From: Longimicrobiales bacterium
GTDB taxonomy: Bacteria; Gemmatimonadota; Gemmatimonadetes; Longimicrobiales; Gaopeijiaceae
NCBI GenBank assembly: GCA_965248195.1
Contig: CBDFIQ010000002.1
Location: 448,001-512,000 of the forward strand
Direction: 5' to 3'
DNA: 64,000 nucleotides
The notes under the pieces are model-generated. The model was not told the DNA's origin, made no database searches, and saw only the letters and a program-made list of their open reading frames with translations. Positions 59,419 through 64,000 of the stretch are shown here, piece after piece. How positions within the stretch are numbered: position 1 is the first letter of the stretch; each line of letters begins with the position of its first letter. The translations under genes were made by a program, and so were the position numbers.

Positions 59419-62400
59419 ATGGCTGTTTCACTCGTTCGGATACCTGACGGTTTGCGCGGATGGTTGAGCGGTGCTGGACGCTCGATCGTCGTTTCGGCTG
59501 TGTTGCTTCTCGCTGTTCCGTTCGGGGCAGCGGCGCAGGGGACGATTAGCGGGCAGGTACTGGACGCGGCGACCAGCCAGCCAGTCGCCTCCGTCCAGGT
59601 TTACATCAGAGCGCTGAACCTGGGCGCGCTCTCTCAAGCCAACGGTCGGTATGTGCTGAGTGTACCTGCGGGAAGGTATACGATCCTGGCGCAGCGCATC
59701 GGCTACGCTACGGCGGAGCAGATCGTGACCGTAGTAGAGGGTGGAACGGTTGCGATCGACTTCTCCCTCGCTGAGGTGGTCCTGGCGATCGAGGGCATCG
59801 TAGCGACCGGGTTGATCGATCCCGTGGAGGGGGTACGGTCGCCCATTACGGTGAACAGAATCTCACGCGCACAGATTCCGGCAGTCGTCGGCGGGACGTC
59901 GGCCATCTACAACTTGGCTGGACGGATTCCAGGGCTTGAGATGTCTCAGCGGTCAGGCCAACCCGGCACAGAAGTGGAGATCATGCTGCGGTCGCCAACG
60001 AGCGTCGCCCAGAGCCCGCGGCCCTTGATCGTGGTGGACGGGGTCATCTTGGGCAGCGGCACGGCCAACATCGAGTCGATGGACATCGAGAGCATGGAGG
60101 TGATCAAGGGTGCAGCGGCGGCGTCCCTCTACGGCTCCCGGGCGGCGAACGGGGTTATCTCGATCACGACGAGGCGTGGCTCGGAGCTAGCAATAGGCCA
60201 GACGCGGTTTTCGCTGCGTACGGAGTTCGGGCAATCCTGGGCGCACCGAGGGGGCTTCAACGATCACCACTTCTATTTGGTCGACGACCCGATCAATCCG
60301 ACGACGTACGTAGACCGCAACGGGAATCCGGTGAGCCGGGATGACCGCGTACAACCGGCGGGTGGGGCATCCCTCGCGTTCAGCGACAACAACTATCCGG
60401 GTCAGACGTTCGACAACTTCGGGGCAATGTTTGCGGGGGATAATTTCCAGACACAGAACTTGTCGATGAGCCAAAACACGCAGAACACGAATTTCGCGAT
60501 CAGCACGAACCGTATGGTGGAAGCCGGTCCCCTGATCAACAACGACGGGTACGAGCGCACCTCCTTCCGGGTAAACCTGGATCATCGGTTCCTGGACAAC
60601 TTCCAACTGGGAGTCAGCTCCTTTTACAGCCGGGACAATCTGGACGTACCGAAGGTCAATTGGACGCGTCTGCTGCTCGCACCACCGGACGTCGATGTCA
60701 CCGCAAAGGACGCGAACGGTGAGTTCGTCCGGCTGCCGGATGCACAGGTGGCATACGAAAACCCGCTCTGGCGAGAGGAAAGTCGGGAGCGCGATCAAAC
60801 CCGGGGTAGGACTCTCGCGAGCGCCAACCTGAGATGGGACCCGGCCACGTGGATCACTCTTTCCACGAACGTGAGCTACGACCGTGAGGATGTGGAGGAA
60901 CGCACGTACGTGCCAAGGGGAACGCCTCTTTCGGTGACGCGGGTGAACCTCTCTGATGGGTCGCTCGATTTCGAAACTTCTCGAAGGGAGGCGTTCAATT
61001 CCGAGGCCACGATTTCGCTGAGAAGGGATTTCTTAGACGCGCGGCTCAACGTGCGTACGACCTTCCGGGGGCTTCTCGAGAGTGACCAGTTCTCCCTGTC
61101 CGTCGCCGAGGGCGAAGACTTCCTCGTCAGCGCTACGCCTTCGCTCGACGTAGCTAGGACTTTCGACGGTTCCTCGGTGGAGGAGGACATCCGGGCGATG
61201 GGGTACCTGTGGGACACCGCCGTCGACTATGAGGGGAAGTACATAGCCACCGGCCTGGTCCGCCGGGATGGGAGTTCGCTCTTTGGCCCCGCCGACCGTT
61301 GGCATACGTACTATCGGGCCGCGGGTGCCTATAGGTTGGGAGAGGAGGACTGGTTCGATCTTCCTAACGTCAGTGAGTTCAAGCTAAGCTACGCCATAGG
61401 CACAGCCGGCGGCCGCCCTGAGTTCGAGTACCGCTACGAAACCTGGCGAGTGCGAAGCGGAGTAGTGTCAAAGGGCACACTGGGCAACACCGCTCTCGCT
61501 CCCGAGCACACGACCGAGCAGGAAGTATCGCTGGAGATGATCCTCTACGATCGGATCGGCGTGGATTTCACACGGGCGTGGCACCGAACCACCAACCAGA
61601 TCGTGGAAGCGGCGCTACCCGCCTACACCGGCTATGCCTTCCAGTGGACTAATGCCGGTATCGTGGTCGGACAGAGCTACGAGCTAAGTATCGAGGCTCA
61701 GCTCGTTCGGCGACCCAACTTCAGCTGGACCTCAGCGCTCACCTGGGATCGGTCGGACGGCGAGATCGAGGAATGGACGGTCGCCAGTGACCGACCCGGT
61801 CACCGGAATTGGCAGACCGGCGAGACGATCTGGGGCCTCCATGGAACCTGGGTCGCCGCCGCTCCCGGCGTGCTGTGTGCGGACACGTGGACCGCTCCGG
61901 TCCGTGTGACTAACGACGGCCACGGTGGGATACACGATGGCGGCGCCGCGTGCTCCCGGGCGGACGAGTTCATGTTGAACGACGAGAACTGGCTGGTCTG
62001 GGTGGGTGAGGACCCGGCCACTGGCGAGCGGAACCACTACACCGAAGGGTTCAGTGAGAACCTCTGGGGGACTACAACCCAGATTGGGAATAACGTCTAC
62101 GAGTGGGGGATTCCCTTCTACTGGCTGAACGATGGCGGAAGCCCTCGGCGGGAGCAGCTGGGTGACGCCGCCCGCAACAACTTCGGCCTTGCCAACACCT
62201 TCCAGTTCGGAAATTGGACCCTGTTCACGCATCTCCACGCGGTCTTTGGAGTCGAAGTCGTCGATGGTTATCACAGAGGCTTGGTGGACTTCCACCCCCG
62301 CCAGGACATGTTCGGAAGGCCCGACGAGCTGAAGAAACCGGCCCGGCACTGGTGGGCGCTGGCCGGCGGTGGTGGAGCGATGCACGTCGAGAGAGCGGAT

Positions 62401-62643
62401 TTCTTCAAGCTCCGGCTCCTGTCGCTGAGTTATAACGTGCCGGGGGGCGTCCTGGACGGGATAGGACTTGGAGCGGCGGAGACCATGCGCCTGGGAGTAA
62501 TTGGACGTAACCTCTTTATGTTCACGAACTGCCCCTGCCCCGATCCCGAGATGGGCTTCGAGTTCCAGGACCGTTCGGGCAGCATCACCAGAGGCTATCC
62601 AGCCACCCGTAACCTCACGATAGAGGTGGAGGTGACGTTCTGA
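59419..62643 (+). CDS. SusC/RagA family TonB-dependent receptor
   Basis: PLIVVDGV, DIESMEVIKGAAAASLYGSRAANGVISITT, RRDGSSLFG, YP..R...terminal F. Confidence 0.95.
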   Translation: MAVSLVRIPDGLRGWLSGAGRSIVVSAVLLLAVPFGAAAQGTISGQVLDAATSQPVASVQVYIRALNLGALSQANGRYVLSVPAGRYTILAQRIGYATAEQIVTVVEGGTVAIDFSLAEVVLAIEGIVATGLIDPVEGVRSPITVNRISRAQIPAVVGGTSAIYNLAGRIPGLEMSQRSGQPGTEVEIMLRSPTSVAQSPRPLIVVDGVILGSGTANIESMDIESMEVIKGAAAASLYGSRAANGVISITTRRGSELAIGQTRFSLRTEFGQSWAHRGGFNDHHFYLVDDPINPTTYVDRNGNPVSRDDRVQPAGGASLAFSDNNYPGQTFDNFGAMFAGDNFQTQNLSMSQNTQNTNFAISTNRMVEAGPLINNDGYERTSFRVNLDHRFLDNFQLGVSSFYSRDNLDVPKVNWTRLLLAPPDVDVTAKDANGEFVRLPDAQVAYENPLWREESRERDQTRGRTLASANLRWDPATWITLSTNVSYDREDVEERTYVPRGTPLSVTRVNLSDGSLDFETSRREAFNSEATISLRRDFLDARLNVRTTFRGLLESDQFSLSVAEGEDFLVSATPSLDVARTFDGSSVEEDIRAMGYLWDTAVDYEGKYIATGLVRRDGSSLFGPADRWHTYYRAAGAYRLGEEDWFDLPNVSEFKLSYAIGTAGGRPEFEYRYETWRVRSGVVSKGTLGNTALAPEHTTEQEVSLEMILYDRIGVDFTRAWHRTTNQIVEAALPAYTGYAFQWTNAGIVVGQSYELSIEAQLVRRPNFSWTSALTWDRSDGEIEEWTVASDRPGHRNWQTGETIWGLHGTWVAAAPGVLCADTWTAPVRVTNDGHGGIHDGGAACSRADEFMLNDENWLVWVGEDPATGERNHYTEGFSENLWGTTTQIGNNVYEWGIPFYWLNDGGSPRREQLGDAARNNFGLANTFQFGNWTLFTHLHAVFGVEVVDGYHRGLVDFHPRQDMFGRPDELKKPARHWWALAGGGGAMHVERADFFKLRLLSLSYNVPGGVLDGIGLGAAETMRLGVIGRNLFMFTNCPCPDPEMGFEFQDRSGSITRGYPATRNLTIEVEVTF

Positions 62644-64000
62644 TGAGCAACCCATGGAAATGGAACAGGGGAACATTCGGAGTGCTTCGAGGCTTGAAGA
62701 GGCCACTCCGGCCACTCCAAGCGGTAACCCTCATGGCGATCGTCCTGATTGCGGGAGTGGCTTGTCTAGAGCTCGATGTGTTGAATCCGAATCAGCCGGA
62801 CCGGGCTCGGGCGCTCGGCAACGTGGATGATCTTGAGGCCCTTCTTGCTTCGGCCTTCACGCCCTTCTTTGAAGTGACGCACCAAAGCGTATCTGTGGGC
62901 AATGTTTGGACCACCGTTGGTGGAGAGAGTACGGCCGTCGGTCGACTGGTGGATGAAAACGCCAGGGAGCCTCGACCTGCGTACCGGAACGCGAATACCC
63001 CTGCGGCTCCGACCGACAACGGGGAGAGCATCTGGAGGGGCTTCCACGAGATGCCGAGCAACGTAAACGACGCTCTTAACACGTTGGACCAGCTCGGAGA
63101 GAGCTTCATCGACAGCAATGGCGTGGATCAGACTCCCAGGGCCAGGGCCTTCGGGAGCTTCGTCGCCGGCTTGGCGTGGGGGTACGGGGCGATGATTTTT
63201 GACCAGATCATCATCCTCCCGCTGGACGAGGCCATCGGTGACGATCCACTGGAGCAGGCTCTCGCGAATCTCACATCCGCAAATGACGGTCCGACATCTC
63301 CGGCGGTGCAGGCCGCGGTTCAGGCTCTCCAAAATGCAGTCGCCATCGCCCAGCAGAACGATTTCACTTTTCCGTCTCTGAGCCAGGCGGGTGAGGGACG
63401 CTGGTTCGGTACGCCCAACGCTATAACGAGGGACGAATTTATCCGGCTAGCGAACTCTTTGACTGCCCGCATCCTGGTGCTGAGTGCACGTAACCCTGCG
63501 CAGCGGAGGACGGTGGATTGGGCCCAGGTCATGAGCTTGACGGCGAACGGGATCACGGAGAACTTCGAGGTCCAGCTACAGGCAGGAATTCGTACGAGCA
63601 ACTTCTACAATCAGGTCCAGAATGATTTGCCCGGTTGCCAGCCCTGTCACCGCCTGGACAACCGGCTTGTCGGGCAGGCGGACATCTCGGGGGCGTACCA
63701 GACTTGGATCGCCTCTGTTAGAGATGATCGGAACCGCTTCGATGTTGTCACGCCAGACCGGCGGATTACCGGAGTCGGACCTCAGGACAACGGCGCTTAT
63801 GTGCGGTACCTGGACCACAATAATGGTTTTCCCTCAGCGTTGGGCATTTACCCTCGCTCGGCGTACCAGTGGTTTCGTCATTTGAACAACGGGTTTCTAG
63901 GGAACACGGGTACTGCAGTGCTCATGTATGTGGATGAGAACACCTTGCTGAGGGCGGAGGCGATGTTGCGCTTGGGCGACCGGCAGGGAGCGGCTAATCT
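62643..64000 (+). CDS. SusD/RagB family lipoprotein, runs off the window
   Basis: Not in the ORF track. ATG overlaps the susC stop (TGATG); lipobox GVAC-LELDVLNPN; ENTLLRAEAMLRLG; open to the window end. Confidence 0.88.
   Translation, partial: MSNPWKWNRGTFGVLRGLKRPLRPLQAVTLMAIVLIAGVACLELDVLNPNQPDRARALGNVDDLEALLASAFTPFFEVTHQSVSVGNVWTTVGGESTAVGRLVDENAREPRPAYRNANTPAAPTDNGESIWRGFHEMPSNVNDALNTLDQLGESFIDSNGVDQTPRARAFGSFVAGLAWGYGAMIFDQIIILPLDEAIGDDPLEQALANLTSANDGPTSPAVQAAVQALQNAVAIAQQNDFTFPSLSQAGEGRWFGTPNAITRDEFIRLANSLTARILVLSARNPAQRRTVDWAQVMSLTANGITENFEVQLQAGIRTSNFYNQVQNDLPGCQPCHRLDNRLVGQADISGAYQTWIASVRDDRNRFDVVTPDRRITGVGPQDNGAYVRYLDHNNGFPSALGIYPRSAYQWFRHLNNGFLGNTGTAVLMYVDENTLLRAEAMLRLGDRQGAAN

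Noticed and set aside
1..64000. CRISPR array, rRNA, prophage or integrase genes
   Set aside because: No regularly spaced repeat-spacer array or recognisable motifs found by eye

Overview
GC-rich bacterial accessory region. ADOP permease plus PadR, SusC/SusD, many PQQ and secreted enzymes and DUF5916 suggest Gemmatimonadota or Acidobacteriota (inference). It encodes mostly exported or periplasmic proteins: three PQQ dehydrogenases, a Tat-exported xanthine-oxidase-family molybdoenzyme operon, a Tat-signal haloacid dehalogenase and AKR, two S51 peptidases, YeeE/YedE, K+ transport proteins and an ankyrin membrane protein. Mobile-DNA scars are dense: two near-identical IS256 copies with separate 9-bp TSDs, a damaged IS5, IS3 and IS481 remnants, a 5'-truncated group IIC intron and many gene fragments. 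Main observations: (1) a same-strand cluster at 51.6-64 kb pairing a heme c-fused PHM-like copper monooxygenase (all six Cu ligand motifs) with a PAL-like NHL lyase (Zn and catalytic motifs), next to a cytochrome c-PQQ dehydrogenase and SusC/SusD, a candidate bacterial peptide-amidation or C-terminal glycine cleavage system; (2) repeated integrase-less tRNA-Ile att-like sites with arm and 10-bp phased repeats (1.1-1.3, 13.7/16.7 and 43.7 kb); (3) a UGA-split UxxC selenoprotein with a SECIS-like hairpin that the ORF track splits in two; (4) a secreted TRAM-like protein. All family calls come from motif recognition by eye; no database searches were run.
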